Part shown: positions 23,161-51,369 of the stretch, piece by piece | Layout: each line of letters starts with the position of its first letter | Numbering within the stretch: the stretch's first letter is position 1 | Source: Paragordius varius | Lineage: Eukaryota > Animalia > Nematomorpha | Length of the DNA stretch: 64,000 bases | Direction: 5' to 3' | Assembly (NCBI GenBank): GCA_964247055.1 | Contig: OZ176053.1 | Span: 5,456,001-5,520,000, forward strand | Notes under the pieces: generated by a model | What the model was told of the DNA's origin: nothing | The model's input: the letters and a program-made list of their open reading frames with translations, nothing else | Databases searched by the model: none | Translations under genes and position numbers: made by a program

Positions 23161-26100
23161 TTAGAAAGGTTGTTCGACCCCTAAATTAGGGTCTCGGGGT
23201 CTAAGACGGAATAATAAGAAGAAAGAAATGCTAAGGAACGCAATTCCAAGCAAATCCCCCATAGCCGTCAAGTATGGGATTGCAGCGTTGTCGGGATCAG
23301 TTCGACGTTTCCACATTGATAGTATTATCACATTGGCTAGGTACAAGAGTATTATGACCTACAAATATATTATAATGACATATATTATCAAGTGAGTGAC
23401 GATAGAACCCAAAAATATTATAAGATAATTATTTGTGAATGCTTCTATGATGTGTATATCTCATGTGTGTATCATCAAACATAGTTGTTAATTCTCGTTT
23501 GTTATTCATATGCTAACTACTGAAAATGGCTATGGTGAAAATTTGGTTATAAAAATATAAGTATTTATATTTTAACATTGGATTCTACATTTTTAATATT
23601 AGGTATAAAAAACTAAATGCTAATAAAGCTAGAAACCATTACAAAAAACAACTTTATAAATATGGCACATGTGGTGAATAACAAGTTTTTATTAAACGTT
23701 CCTCTTTAAATAACTTTTAGCAACGTTTCAAAAACTTTTACACGACTTAGATAGGTATCTTTGAATACTTTGAATTAAATTTAAATATAACTTATCCTAA
23801 AAAATCAAGACTGAAAATAAAAAGTTGTATATATAAAAACCTGTAACATGGCTGACACGATGTAAAAAAGGGAAAAATGAAACGTTATAATCGATGATCC
23901 ATTCTTGATGTATGATATGAGGAATAAGAAAAATATATGGCCAGGCAATGCAAACAGAATAAGTAATCGTGCCATTTTAGCGTTAAAATCTATTAGTAAA
24001 TAAAAAATGTTATTTTCCACCATTATTAATATATATTGTCAATTATAACTAATAAATTTTTTACAGCAAAGTCGGGTATGGCGGTGATAAAAATAACCAG
24101 AGTACAAAGATTTAACAATTATATAACATCTTTCTATTAATAAAGGACATTAGAACAGTTAACTTTGCTTTGTTTGGTTAAGTTAATATATTTACACATT
24201 TAAATTAATGATTGCCTATAATGGTGCATTTATAAGGGGTCAGACCCCTTTTAATAGTATTTCTGGATGGTCAAAAATCGAACCCTACCATAAACTAACT
24301 TTGCACGTTTTAAAACTTTTTGCAAAAAAACGTAAAAACACTTAACAAACAACTCTTAAAACATATAACAAGAAAAACAAAACTTTTTGAAAAAAATGTG
24401 GTCCATATATTGTAAGTGGCAGGTGTCGGGGCTTTAGTTATACTCCCATCAGCATTATGAATGTAATAAAATGTTCCAGGCGATCCTAGCTTATGGAAAT
24501 CTGTACTAAGTCGACTAGCTTGAATGGCTACCAAATTACCACCAACGCCATTTATAACGGGTTGATACACGGCTATCCCATTGAAACGTTTCACGGTATA
24601 ATCCAATATTAAGCCTCCAATACTAAAAGCACGCATATACACACATATACATCATGTAAATAAATATTGACCTTGTATATGGCTTATTAAATGTTGACTT
24701 TGGTATATTCATTCGTATCATTACAAATTTTGAAATGGTTATTATTTGAAAAATTAATATATATCATATTTGCTCTTAATACTATATAAATTGGTTTGAT
24801 CTTAAATGTTTTAACAAATGAGATGTAGTAATTAGGCTGGAAAAGTTTATGCCAACATTTAAGATATAAATACTCTTTATTCATAATAATTCAAAATTTT
24901 AAAATAAAATATAAAATGAACTGTGTGATACAAACGCTATAATAAAAGTGTTAGGTGGTATTTATATCATTTTAAAAATGCTTCAATCAAAATAGAATAA
25001 AACTTTGAAAAAAATAATGTTTTTTCAAAAAGGCTTATTACCGTACCAAAGGGGAATTATATTTTTATTTGCCTAAGTTGCTATTCTCTACTCACTAAAA
25101 GGGTTAAACTATTTATAATAATAAAATTATAACAAAAAAGTTCGGTTAAAAAACATACGTGCTGATAACAATGGAAACAAAAATTGGGGCCCATCCAGTG
25201 TTGAGGACGCCCTTAACAAATATATTTCTGCGGCACAATATAAACCACAGAGGGACAAACATAACGTACATAAGGATAATTGGAAGACAAACCCATTGCC
25301 AACGGACTAAATTAGCAAAATATACAACGATAAAAAAATGAAGGAAATCGTAAGAATAACATATAAAAAAAATTACAATTCTTTCACTGCTAAATTCTAA
25401 CATTCAAAATTTTATAATCCACTTGTATGTTTTTGCCATTTTTAAAATTCATCAAAACATTCATTTTCAAATCTAATTTGTTGACACGATATTTAAATAG
25501 ATAAATGATAAATCAATGGACAAATTTTAAAGCTATTATCGTAAAAATATATGTGAAATTAGAGGTTTAGAATATTTTCTTTAATTATAGTAAAATGTAA
25601 CATGAATATTTCTTATTTTCACAAAAAAACAGTATATAAAATCGACTACTTACGCATGTAATTAAACAATAATCGAGCAATGAGTGACAGAATCCCCAAT
25701 GTAACCAAATCGCCCAAACTTGCTGCCATAGGTGTGGCCATATTATCGGGATTTAAGCCATACTTTCTCGTATAATACACTACCAGAATCATAATTACAC
25801 CTATATTGTGTGCATTACATAAAACTTAATTAAAAGAGATCTTTGTGGGTTTTTTTGACATTTTAAGCACATTTTTAGCATTTAAACCTCATAATAAAAC
25901 ATTTGAAAAAAATCCTTTTGGGACAAATAGTGCATAATATACTTGTTTTTGCATCTAATTTTCGGTAAAACTATTATTATGCACTGCTAGCCTATTCACA
26001 TTATTGTCGCCCTGACAGTAGCGTGTGTTAAAAAACAAATTTTGTCCATAATTAAATAAATAAAAGAAACAACTTATTTCATTTCAACATTTAGTTGTTT

Positions 26101-28767
26101 TTACCTATACCCTGTTGTGTTGCTAATTGGCTAATAATGAGAATAGGCCAGCATGAATGTGCACACAGTATTTACAACCAATTCATATAATATAAATGTT
26201 AAGTTTAATTCTGACAAACCCGTTCATGTAAAAAGGAATTCCTTAACAAATTATTTACTATTGAGTCATGGTTCAAAAAGGATTGTTACAAAACAAGAGG
26301 AGAAAATGTTCAAAAAATCTATGTAATGAAAGATAGACAAAAGAGTTCAAAATTAACATATATAGATAGACCTATAACAAAATATAGTGAATACGCTAAA
26401 AAGTAATCAAAAATATTTTCGTTCAACCACTTAATTTAAAAGGCAAACAAAGTATATATGTATATGTTGTGCTTTTACCGTTGTTAATTAAAAAGTTATT
26501 ATTTTTGGCAGGTATACAAATATTTTAAAAATTTCTTGTATATTTATTACCTCATACCATTTGTCTATATACTTACACCTTATATATATCTATATATTTA
26601 TTTATAAATTAACAATGAAAAATATATAAATTTTAATTAAAAAGTTGATTCCCAGTTATTTATGTACCAATTTTTTTACTAAAAAGAAAGTGCCGAAAAT
26701 AATTAGTTTTTTTACCAAAAATTAATGATTATAAAATTCACTTTTTGTTTAATACATATATATATGTTATATCCCTTGTGGAATATCAAAAGAAAATATT
26801 ATTAATAAAGTAAATGCGGAAAATTTATCAGTCTTTATTTCAGGCGGAAAATATATTTATCAAATTATCAATAATAAAAATCATTGATTTAAGGTCACGA
26901 GGTCAATGTCAACATAAAAACTGGTAAAACCTCTATAAAATTTTTATGATTTAATAAATAAAAACAGGTTAAAAAAGTTAATAATTGATTTTCACATTAG
27001 AATAGGTAATAATAGTTAAATAGACATAAAAATCTTAATGTGAATTAAATAATAGGACAAGGTGGTACTGAATATTCAAATATCCTCGTGTATATTTCAA
27101 TTCAAGGTCAAAACTTAAAGATATTTTGGTTCTTAAATGTATTCAAATTCTTATTTGGTTGTATACATACAAAATTTATACGCTGAAAAACTTAAACTTC
27201 AAAATAAAATAATGTATTTTAGTCTCTCATTAAATAGGGTCATCTGCGTAAAAATGTCAATTGCTCAAATAATTATAAATTAATGGATTTTATATTAAAA
27301 CCTTTATTTTTTAAAAATTATGCTTAAATATGATTTTTTAACATTAAAACAAAAAAATAAACCCAAGACTGCACTAGCTAGGGATGTGGTAACCAAACAA
27401 GCAGCCAACAAAATTTGTGCATGAGCCAAATTGATGGTTCCCCCGTCAGGGATGAAACCCATAATGAGAGCAAGGAATGAAACAAAAAATCCCAAACAAA
27501 TGGCTTGAATTTGCAGGAGAAACAAATTGCCTCGAGCCATTTTAAGGAATTGTTTGGTAGCATCGACGTTCCCTACAAAAAATATGTAAAAATATTATTA
27601 ATAATCAAAAAACAATTTTTTTCATTTACGACAACATTTAGCATTAAAACATAACACCACATCATTTTGATCAGGGTAAGCAGGTCCCTGATGTCTATTT
27701 TGACTCAAGAATAATATTTTTTTGTAGCAAAACAACGCTTACATACATTAGAAATGCTTTTATGAAAAAAGTATAGATTCCTTAAAATTTTTCCGTTTAT
27801 TGGTATAAAAAGCAATCAAGCCAAATCCTATACCTAAATTTGCTTGAGTCGATATCCGTGAAGCTAGTGTCATCTCGAGATTGCCTTTAAGACCTAGCAG
27901 TGGGGGTATAAGGATAAAAAGTTCCGACACATTTTCAAACACCGTCCAATGTTGAACTTTATCGAGCAGGACTCCGGCCGCAACCATACCCAAACCCGCA
28001 ACCAGGTAAGGTAAAGAAATTTGAGCGGCAACATTAAGAATTCTTTCTTCTGCGTTTCCATTTGGACTTTCAACACCTTCTGTTGTCTGAGGTGACGGCG
28101 GCGGCACAGACTTTATTATGGTAGTTGAACCGTTGGCATGAGCATGTCTTTTATGGGCTGTATGCTTTTCATTACCATCATTGTTGTTGTTTTCAACATC
28201 AGACGTGTAATTATTATGATTACCATTTTTTGCTTTTTTACTTCCGCCCTTACGGCCAGAACGATGACGAAACTTTGAAAATAAACTGCCTGATAGGGAT
28301 TTGTTAGTTGTTTTGTTTGGTGTTTGAGAGTGTGTTTTATCGTTGATTGGAGATGATATTGGGGTTATGTCAGATTTCAAAGCAACTCCGTGTTCTATAT
28401 CACCATTCTTAATAATGGGTTTATTATTTTCACCGTTAGGTAGGGTACTGTCGAACGAAGCCGCACGATTATCATAGACAAAAGGTGAAGCGACAATTTT
28501 TTCGCCCTCATTCTTGGGCAAAATTTGTGGTGAGCCATTATTTTCATCTTTTAGCGGTTCAAAAACACTGCTACCAAAATCTGAGACAGGAGATGGGGAT
28601 AGGGATGGATTATAAAAATTATTTTCAGATGTATCAATGCGTGTTAAATCACTCTCGGTAGTATTGGTATGCGTAAGAGGTAGTGCAGAAGGAGTTTTGG
28701 ATAAATTATCAGGATGATGCGAAGTTGAAGATGTTTTAAACCCTAAAAAATCCCAAATCTTGGACAT
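23161..28767 (-). CDS. SLC41A: SLC41 family (MgtE-like) magnesium transporter, 7 exons
   Basis: Spliced exons carry [67 protein letters not shown] and [18 protein letters not shown], all SLC41 signatures. The paralogue cannot be assigned. Confidence 0.95.
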
Positions 28768-29159
28768 GATTGTGCGTAGGAAAAAAAAGATGTCAAATAT
28801 AAATATAATTTAACCCATAACTAAAATAAATATAATGTTTTATTATGAATAAAAAGATGCCGTTGGTTTAATCATGAATACTCATCTATTTGGATAGAGA
28901 AAAAATGCAAAATCAATTATTTTTTCTAATTTAAAAGCAATTGTTTGAAAAAAACAATTAATATTTGGTTGCTCCAATAAAATGACTTGCGTTAACTTCT
29001 TTGGCTATATACCTTAAAAAGGTATTATGAATAGAAAATGCATAACATTGCGAATTTACAACAATGTGGTTTTTGTAATAATATTCAGCGATAAATTTGG
29101 AAACAAATCAAAACATATGTATATATTTCTCACCGTATGCAAAAAGGTTTACACTAGTG
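28768..29159. promoter_or_regulatory. Divergent (head-to-head) intergenic region between SLC41 and TNPO3, 392 bp
   Basis: Inferred only from start-codon positions (28767 minus, 29160 plus). No promoter motif was identified. Confidence 0.45.
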
Positions 29160-32100
29160 ATGCAGTTTGAGATTGATAATGTTTTGAATGTTCTCGATAC
29201 CGTTTATCTAAATAAGAATCAAGATCCTGATAAAGACCAAAAATTAAAATATTTAAATGAATTACAAAAATCCGTAATTGTTAATTAATTTTTAGAATCA
29301 AGCATGGGAGTTAGCCTTCAAAATATTATCAATAAACAAATCAATCGAGCTCAATTTTTTTGCGGCTCAAACTTTAAAACAAAAAGTGCAACTATACTTT
29401 TATGAATTACCTCAATCACATTATAGCGTATTTGTTATCCATTTATTTTAGTCATTTCAGAACACTTTATATACCCTTTTATCGTATTATAATAGCTCCA
29501 ATCAAACTATTGTTCTCAATCAAGTTATACCTGTTTATTATTTTTTAGCTGAGACTAGTGGTCGCAGATTTTATTATTCTATCTCCAAATATTATAAACG
29601 CCTTAAAAGAATTTTTAGAAAAGTATGTTATCATTTAATTTATATAGATTCGATCATGATTCAAACGAGGCAACCGTTTTAGATGTGCTTATTAATTTAG
29701 TAGATGAAGTAAATTAAAATTATTCTTTTTATATATTTTACTTTTTAATATTAATTATTATATGATTAGCTTCACAATAAATCTCTTAAAATTGGATCTG
29801 TTAAACGACAAGAAATATCCAATCAATTGACTCAATACGCACCCTCTATATTGAGAAAACTAGTGAGTGTTAATTTGAATGTTGGACTTTTATATGATTA
29901 ATAAAAATAGTCAATAAACGATAAATCGGAATTTTTCAGCGTGCTTGTAAAAATTAATATACAAAAATATTTTTAATTTTTCAAAAATTTGATATTCAAA
30001 CAGCCTTATGCTATTCTTACATAATTTTATTACATTTTTATAAATAGTTTGATTATACTAAAGTAAAAAATATATTTTAATTTACTTATGATATGAAAAA
30101 GACGTAAACCTTAATTTGTTTTGCCACGACTCATATAATAATTTCATTATTTTTCTTGAATTAGCGGTCATTTATATACATTTACCACTTTTAAGAATTT
30201 TTTTGTATAATAATAGGATTTTCAGCTGTATATTTATTTAAATTACATTTGGACAATACATTTTTATTGGTATCAGAGCTTAAATGAATTAAATTATAAT
30301 TTATATACCATATCTTAATATTATTTTTATATACCATTTTTTAGGATTCTATCGTTGCTAAATATTTACCCGAAAGTTTTGATGTCAACACCAGGACTTT
30401 TAAATCTGATTCTCAAAACCAAACAATTATATCACAAGTGCTCGCTTCAACGTTTAAATGCATGGAAAGGTGGATAGATTGTGGCATAATTGAAATTGAT
30501 TCTTTTAATACGCACCTTAACAACACAAACATACAACAATCTACTACGAATCAATCGAATAATATTAACATCATTATACCAAATTACGAAACTTTAATTG
30601 GTGGAACTGTTTTAGAGCGTGCAATCGAAATTTTAGTAATTTATAAGTATTTACAACATGTTAGCACACAATAGTTTTGACTTTCATATATATATCCTAA
30701 TTATAAGGAAAATGATTTACCTATTAGCTATATCTATTTTTTTTAATTTTTCATTCCTTTACTCTATAACTATATTTTTTAACAAATTATTCTTTTTTTT
30801 TGATTTGTAAAAATATATTTAGTAAGTGTTTTATATTGGTTTTAAATTTACAACTAAAACTATATTGAAATTGGAAAATGTATGATAATGGTGAAGAATT
30901 TTTTTAGTTTGGGTGTATTTTATAGCTCCATACCTGAAATATTTTATATATTAACTGTCTTCAATTAAAGTTAATAAATTCAATAAAATTTGGTTTTTTA
31001 ATAAAATTATTTTTATCTCATTTTACAGTTACCATTGTCCAATAATTATGAAACATATCTCAAGTGTTTGGACAAAACATTGCATGGGAAAGCTATTGAT
31101 ATTCTTATAGCCATTATTATAACCATAGAAGTAACATACTTGATAAGTTTAAAAAGCGATATTCCTTTGTTATATATGCTTATATATACCTTTTTGCTGT
31201 ACAAATTTGAGATTAACGAGTCAAATTATAATGCAATTTATTTAAAAGAGATATTTATTATATTTAATTTAAAGTTGTTACTTTTGATGTTAGAAAATTT
31301 TTTTAAAAAGAAATTAAAAATGTATCTTTACTTTTCAATACTCTCAAGTTTGTATTAATATAATATTACCCATATTTACTCTTTATGTAAATTTGGTCAA
31401 ATATTTATTTTGTTGTTTGAATATAGGAACCAAGTTTATATCCTGACTTAACACAATTGTTACTTAGTACAATGTATCAAATGCACAATGGTATATTTAA
31501 GCATTGTATTACAAGTACTATAAATTCCCCATCTAACGCGGAAGATAGTGATTCTGAACACAATGAAATGTAAAATTTTGGATTGTTCAATAGAAAATAT
31601 TGTACCTTTTTTTAAATTTATATTTTTGCAATTAAATTCTTAATTTGGAAACTTATTTTTTTATGTCTCATATAGATCCACCAATTATTGCACATTGTTT
31701 TGTGAAATGGCAAATCTGTGTTTAACGGCAATGATAACTAATCCTAATCAGGTAAAATGAGCATTCAAAATCATAAGCAAAAGATCATAAATCTCTGATT
31801 TTCATATTTAAAATATTGCAAACTTTTTTATTTCATATTTTGTAAAGACTTTTATATGTATATTGAAATTTGATGATTTGATTTTAGGGTTTTGGTGATC
31901 TCAAATTGCTGCAAGTCATGTTGGAATGTTTAAACAGCCAGGATATAGAAGTATGAATCTTTTTTATTTTAGTATTATATAATAGGCCAAATTTGACATT
32001 ATTCACAAAACTCATTTATATGCATTATATAATCAATATAATTTTAAATTTAAATAAAATATAAAAAGTTCTTTATATAATCTCATCTGCTTAATGGTTA

Positions 32101-34636
32101 ACTTAATTTCATTTATTCATGAAATTTTTTAGTTGGCAGAAATAACATATACATTTTGGTATAATTTTGCTGAATGTCTCTACAATAACACGAGTGTTAC
32201 GAAAGATGATCAAAAACTTGCACTATTTCAGCCGTCTGTTAATGGTTTGTTACAATGCCTTTTCCCAAAAATTATGTTGGAATCGGATTATGTATGTTGC
32301 TTTTTATATTGCTTTTTTATGATATATTTTCGTTTTATGACACATTGAAAATATATTTTTGGAAAGTTTATAAATAATAAAATTGTATCAAGGTATCATA
32401 AATTCAACAAAATTTATTCTATTTGTTTTTCGATAAAATTTCTTGAAATAATAGTTTAAATTAATATGTTCAGTTTATATAAAGAATAAAATCGAAAATA
32501 TCAATAAATATAAAAATATTGAAATTCAGTTTAGATTGTTTATAAGAACCGTAATGCAGTGAATTTTATGATAGGGTAACCAATTTGGTTAATGTTGTTT
32601 ATAATTGTGGATATTTTTTATATAAAATTTCTTTAGAATGAAATTCCTAACGTTAGGGATGACATTGGCGAAACTCGACAACAAATATACAGCTTGATTC
32701 AAGATGTTTCATTCGCATCAGATCCTATTGGTATAGTCAATCAGGTATAACTAATTTTTGACATAAAAACTTACGCAAGTGTGTAATTGATGTATAGATC
32801 ATAAAAATTAAATCGATTTTTTATGTTAATTTATTTAATATTTAGCATTCCATATTCATTAATTTTCTTAGTTTATATTGATAATTTACACATTCATTTT
32901 AAACATGCATTTTTGTCTGAAATTAACCTAAAGAGTAAAAAATCATAAAAAAATTGTTGAGCATGTATAACTTATATTGTAGGTTATGATATATCTTATG
33001 TTATACACGTCAATTTTGAGAATAGAGATTTAAAAAAAACTTTTAAATATATATTATTGTAACATACAAATCATAAAAAAAGTTATACACAAATATCAAA
33101 TACGATAATCCCTCTAATTTTATTATTAGATGATAGGACATGCCGATAATATAAACACGCAGGCACATCAAAAGGAGGCGGCCTATTTTATTACATCCGC
33201 ACTTATTAAAGAAATTTTGCGAAAGTATAAGTTAATATATATGATTAAATTTTTTATCTAATCTAAAACCATCATTTTCCAGTGTCATAAATTAAATAAA
33301 ACATAATATTTTATAAGTTATATTTCATGTCTTTGTGTTAGCAAAAACTTAAATTCTCAATCAATCGATCAAACGTTTGATGCCCTTCTCACTTCCATAA
33401 CCAATGAATCCAAATTTATACAATGCTTGGAAATTTGGTCGGCGTTTCCAACCCTTTTATACACGTGTTTAGAAGTGCTTCAAGAAATGGCACGATGGAT
33501 TGTCTCTAGCGATACCTCAAAAATAAGTAATGTTTTAAAAATATATTTTTAAATATTTTACACATTAAATACAAATATATGTAAGTTGGGTTGGGTTTTA
33601 AACTGATTAAATGCTATTTAGCCAACTTGACAGTTTATGAATGCAGTATTTGTGGCCCTAACCAACATTATAATTTGCTTTTAGTACTATATATTGTTGG
33701 TACCTAAAAACAAATACTGAACTACTTCATGACAAAAATAATAATTACACCATCTTTTTACATTTAATATACGATTTATCCCATTGCATTTATTTCATAT
33801 GCTGTGTTCCCAAAAAATTTAACTGTTTTAGCGGTCCTAATCATGGTCATAAACCGAATACACTTGTAACCTGTCAGACCCAACCTTTTATAAAATATTT
33901 TAATGTAAATTCTTTTATCCAATTTTTCATTAATATATCTATTTTTTATACCTATATATATGTATAGAGGAAGTATCTTGGACACTCTCCTAAAATCTTA
34001 GTTGTTACTATCTTTCTTGTACTTTTGTTTAGAAACTGTGTTGGATAGAACGCTTTATGCGCTAACTTTTCTCGGTCCTTATGATTCTCCTAAATGTGCG
34101 TTTGAACTTAAAAATGGCGCACTTTCAGTTATAACGGCTCTCTTTAATGCTCTCATTATGGGGCAAGATTTATCAAACAACCATACTTCTAGTGCAAACA
34201 CATTAACCCTAATTTGCTCGGTGCAAAATAATCAATACCTGTCTACTCTTTTGTCCTTTGCACAAAGTTGCTCAAATAGCACTACGGATTCTCACAAGAA
34301 AAACGTAGCAAAAGGTGTTAATAAGACAAATAATGTCATGTGCCTTGATAGATCTTGCAAACAAGAGTTGATTGAGGGTACGAAAATCTGACTTTATATA
34401 ATTGAACTTATGGATTATCATGGGGTGTTTTTGTTAAAGCTGTGCACACATTTTATGGTTAAATATTTAGATTCAGGCATGTTTTCCGGGTTTAAATGTC
34501 TCTTATTGCTTTCTTTTCCTATTGAATAGCTCTAAGCGATAACTTATTATGACTAAGCTAATCATACAATTTTAATTATATTTTTTAGCTATTATCCATA
34601 CCAAAACCTTTCACTTTTTATAAATTTCTCTCAAAC

Positions 34637-34670
<34 letters not shown>

Positions 34671-37600
34671 AAAACAGTTTAAAAAGGATATTGATGCGAA
34701 TAAGGGTATCTTTCCCGCAGAAGACACCATAAGGGACGTAGTTAATAAAATTTTAATTTATATATTTTTTTGTCATACAAATTAGCCATTAGTATTTTGA
34801 TACCTTATCTCCAAGATCCACAAATGATTGCACAATGTCTCTCCATAATCTGTGATAAATTAGTTGCTGGACTTGCATTGGTATAACTTATTTATTTGCC
34901 GTTTATTGTATAAATGACTATAATTCTTTTATTTATAAGCACCATAAAATGTTAAATCTATTTATTTTATAATTTGTTACGGCCGTCCAGGAAATCAATA
35001 ATAAAAATAACGGTCTTCAAAATTGTGATCCTACACCATGGCTTGATCAAATTACAGCTCTGTTCAAGTATAAACATTTAATGTTTTACTGTATTTATTC
35101 TTTTTAATTTAAACCGATATACTATCGTAAATATAAAATGATAAATTGAGCATTTTAATTAAGCCACTGGGTTTTAAATAATTTATGCTTTAGATGAAAT
35201 TGTGATTAAACAACTATTTATTTTCTCATTTAGACCATTTGCATTGCACAAAAAACGTACCAACATGACTGGATTACTTACGCCCGTATTGGTTAAAGTA
35301 TATTCATTATTTTATTTTAGCCAATTTATAATCTTGTTTCATAAACAATCATACATCTTTCTTTTATACCTAATTTTTCTTAGGTATGGCCAGTACTCAA
35401 TCAACTATTCCTGACTTTTCAGGATTCGGAACAAAAAACTGAAAGAATTTGTCGCAGTTTAAAACACATTTTTCGGGCGATTGGGAAGGATGGAACCGCT
35501 TATCTTTTGCCTCATTTGCTTACTACGGTTTATATATTTTTTGTCAAATTTAAAATCAGTTTTTTACTTAGATATAATGATATTTTAGGATTGAACAAAT
35601 CTTTTGTAATTTTCACTCTTTTTTTGTTTGATAAAAGAATTCTGTTTTTTTGTTATCAGATTCTTCCATTGTACCAAAACAAGCATCATTCATCATATGT
35701 ATATCTAGCTAGTGTATTAGTTGAAGAGTTTCATTCGGTACCAGAATATCAAAATGGATTGATAGATATATTTGAGGTATTTTAATTTTTTGGCTTATTT
35801 AAGTTTATCGAACAAATTACCATTTTAAGCGTGAATGATAATTTAATTAATAATACATTATTTAAAATTTTTGACCAATTGCATGGTATTTAAACCATTA
35901 TTTTAAAAACAAAAATATTAACGTTATAATAAAACGTTTATATCCATATTATCACCTTGCTTTACTTATTAAACATTTTTTGGTGTATGTGGTCCGATTT
36001 AATATTATTTTTAACAATTTTGTTTCAACATTGAAGCTTAAATTTAATTTGATGTATAATTTAACCATTATATTCAAACATCCTTTTTTTCAATAATAGA
36101 ATTTCACACAATGTTTTGTGCAATTACTTTGTTTTACGATACAAAAACACAATATTATACCAAACTTAAACACTGTGCTAAGTTTTGAAAATTTTGACAG
36201 TGTACCCATGCAAGCCATTGTTCAAGCAGCAAAACAAATCCCTGACAATGTTGAAGATTATTTTCGATTGTGCCAAAAGTACTTGATTATTTTGTATTTA
36301 ATTAATTTTAAGTCTATATTATATGTTTAAGTAAAAATAATAGCTGGTTTGACCACCTATGAATTCAGTCTTTAAGGTTATAATTAGTCTATAAATACTA
36401 CCCCCGTAAAGATTTTGTAATAATTAGATAAATAAAACGAAAGTAACTATTCATTGTTATAGTTTCTTAATAAAATATAAATATTATGATCGATTTGATA
36501 AAGTTTTACAATTTTTTCACATAAAATTAAGTTTTATATATCACCTTTATATGTATATGACCATATGTTTGCAATTATGGAATGGTTCATCAAAACCAAC
36601 CCTAATCACCTAAGTTTAAAGATCAGTTACTAGTTTGTAGAATGAGTTTCAATAATTGATATATTATCAATTTTTTATTTTTTTTAAAAAAATTAGAGCC
36701 ATTAAAATATCCAAAATTACTGAATTGCTGCAAAGACCTATGATGGAAGGCGGGATTATTTTTCGTATTTTTATTGCTATATGTTTTCTGGATCACCGGG
36801 AAGCACACTCGGCTGCAATGTTATTTCTCACAGATTTTATCAACATACCTAGTTCACATCAATCATCAATGGTTTATTCTAATATTCATAATTATTTTTA
36901 TTTTATAATTTTATTTTTCCATATAATTAGTAAGGATTTAATGCTTTTTCATGACGGTTTTGTTTATTTTTAAACATTGTTATATAAATATATATAGGAT
37001 GATGCCTCATATTCAAATCTTAAAACGTTAGTAACCAGCCATTACATGAATAAATATGGTTTAATCATACTGAGGAGTTTACTGTTAGCTATATGCTTTT
37101 TCCTTTCACCTCAATTGTATCCCGAGGTGGCTGATGTTTTTTACGAACTAATGGCCATTGATAAAAAGGTTGAAAAAATAATTATTCATTTGAAAACCGT
37201 ATTTTTTATAACAATCTTTTTTTATTTAGGGTTTTTCTAATTGGATGGATTTGGCTTTGCAGGACATACGTAAAAGATTGAATTGTGTTATTCAAGCATA
37301 TCAAAATAATACGAGTAACCTCGGTTCAGCTTTAAATAACTCTAACCCCTTGTTATCGTTTAACCAGGAGGCAAATTCGAATGGTACCCATATCTCTTTT
37401 TTACTTTTAATTAATGTGTATAATTAACCTTTATGTAAAAAATTTTAACCTTTTACCTTGTGAAGTTTCGCAAACAATAAAAATAAAATTATAATTGCAT
37501 CGAACATATCAGTTTTTATATTTTTATCTTTAATTTTATTATAGATGCTTATTGGTTACCGGATTTACCCAATTTCCCTGCATCTTTTTTGGTTGTTTCA

Positions 37601-38053
37601 GCTTCACACGGTGATTATACACAAAATAGCGATAAAACCTGTTCACATATTTTAACTGATCAAATTTTACATCAATTCACTATCACTATTCTCAAGTATA
37701 TACTTTTGATTTAGAGTTTTCATAAAGAAAATATATAATATGCTGTATAACTAATATTTTTATTGAATTTATTTGAGTTTTTTTTAATGGCCACAATCCA
37801 ATATATAAAAATTTAAACCTAAGAAAATGGTAATTAGTATGTAAATTTTTTTCTTATTACATAAAGTAATTATTGTTCTCCTAAAATATCTGGATATAAC
37901 AGCATTATAAAATTTGTTTTAAATCAATGATAAATCTCTAACAATACAAATAATATGTATTTCATTTTAATTTATTAATTTTTGGATTTTAGTGCAACAC
38001 AAGAAAAGCATATTACGAGGGCTTTCCGGGAATTTGCCTTACTATTGAAATGA
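29160..38053 (+). CDS. TNPO3: Transportin-3 (importin-beta family, Mtr10-like), many exons
   Basis: Spliced N-terminus ...YLNELQKS|NQAWELAFKIL...FFAAQTLKQKVQLYFYELP...LHNKSLKIGSVKRQEI resembles TNPO3 (LQRSVHAW...YFAAQTMKMKIQTSFYELP). The terminal exon ...ITRAFREFALLLK* has TGA at 38051-38053. Internal exons were only partly traced. Confidence 0.88.
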
Positions 38054-38202
38054 AATAGAAGAATGATTAATTTATTTATGAGATCAACACCGCTTTAAAT
38101 TACCTTTCAGGATCATAATTATTATAAATTAACTACTACTCTATGATTTGACAAATATTATGAATAAATGGTTTTTTCTCATTATATTTGTTAATTGCCA
38201 AC

Positions 38203-38246
<44 letters not shown>

Positions 38247-38345
38247 TATTTAGATTTTATTCTTCTAAAATTTTTATTAAGAGAAGGAGCTTTTTATAGG
38301 AACTTTTCAATGAAAACAAATTTGATATGCAAAAATATTTTTTTT

Positions 38346-51319
<12,974 letters not shown>

Positions 51320-51369
51320 GATTTTTATGCAGACATTAAAACAGTCACCAAATTCAAACGTGGTTATTT
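51320..51369. promoter_or_regulatory. 50-nt spacer between the divergent ATE1 and COG4 start codons
   Basis: ATE1 ATG at 51319 (minus) and first in-frame COG4 ATG at 51370 (plus). Confidence 0.55.
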
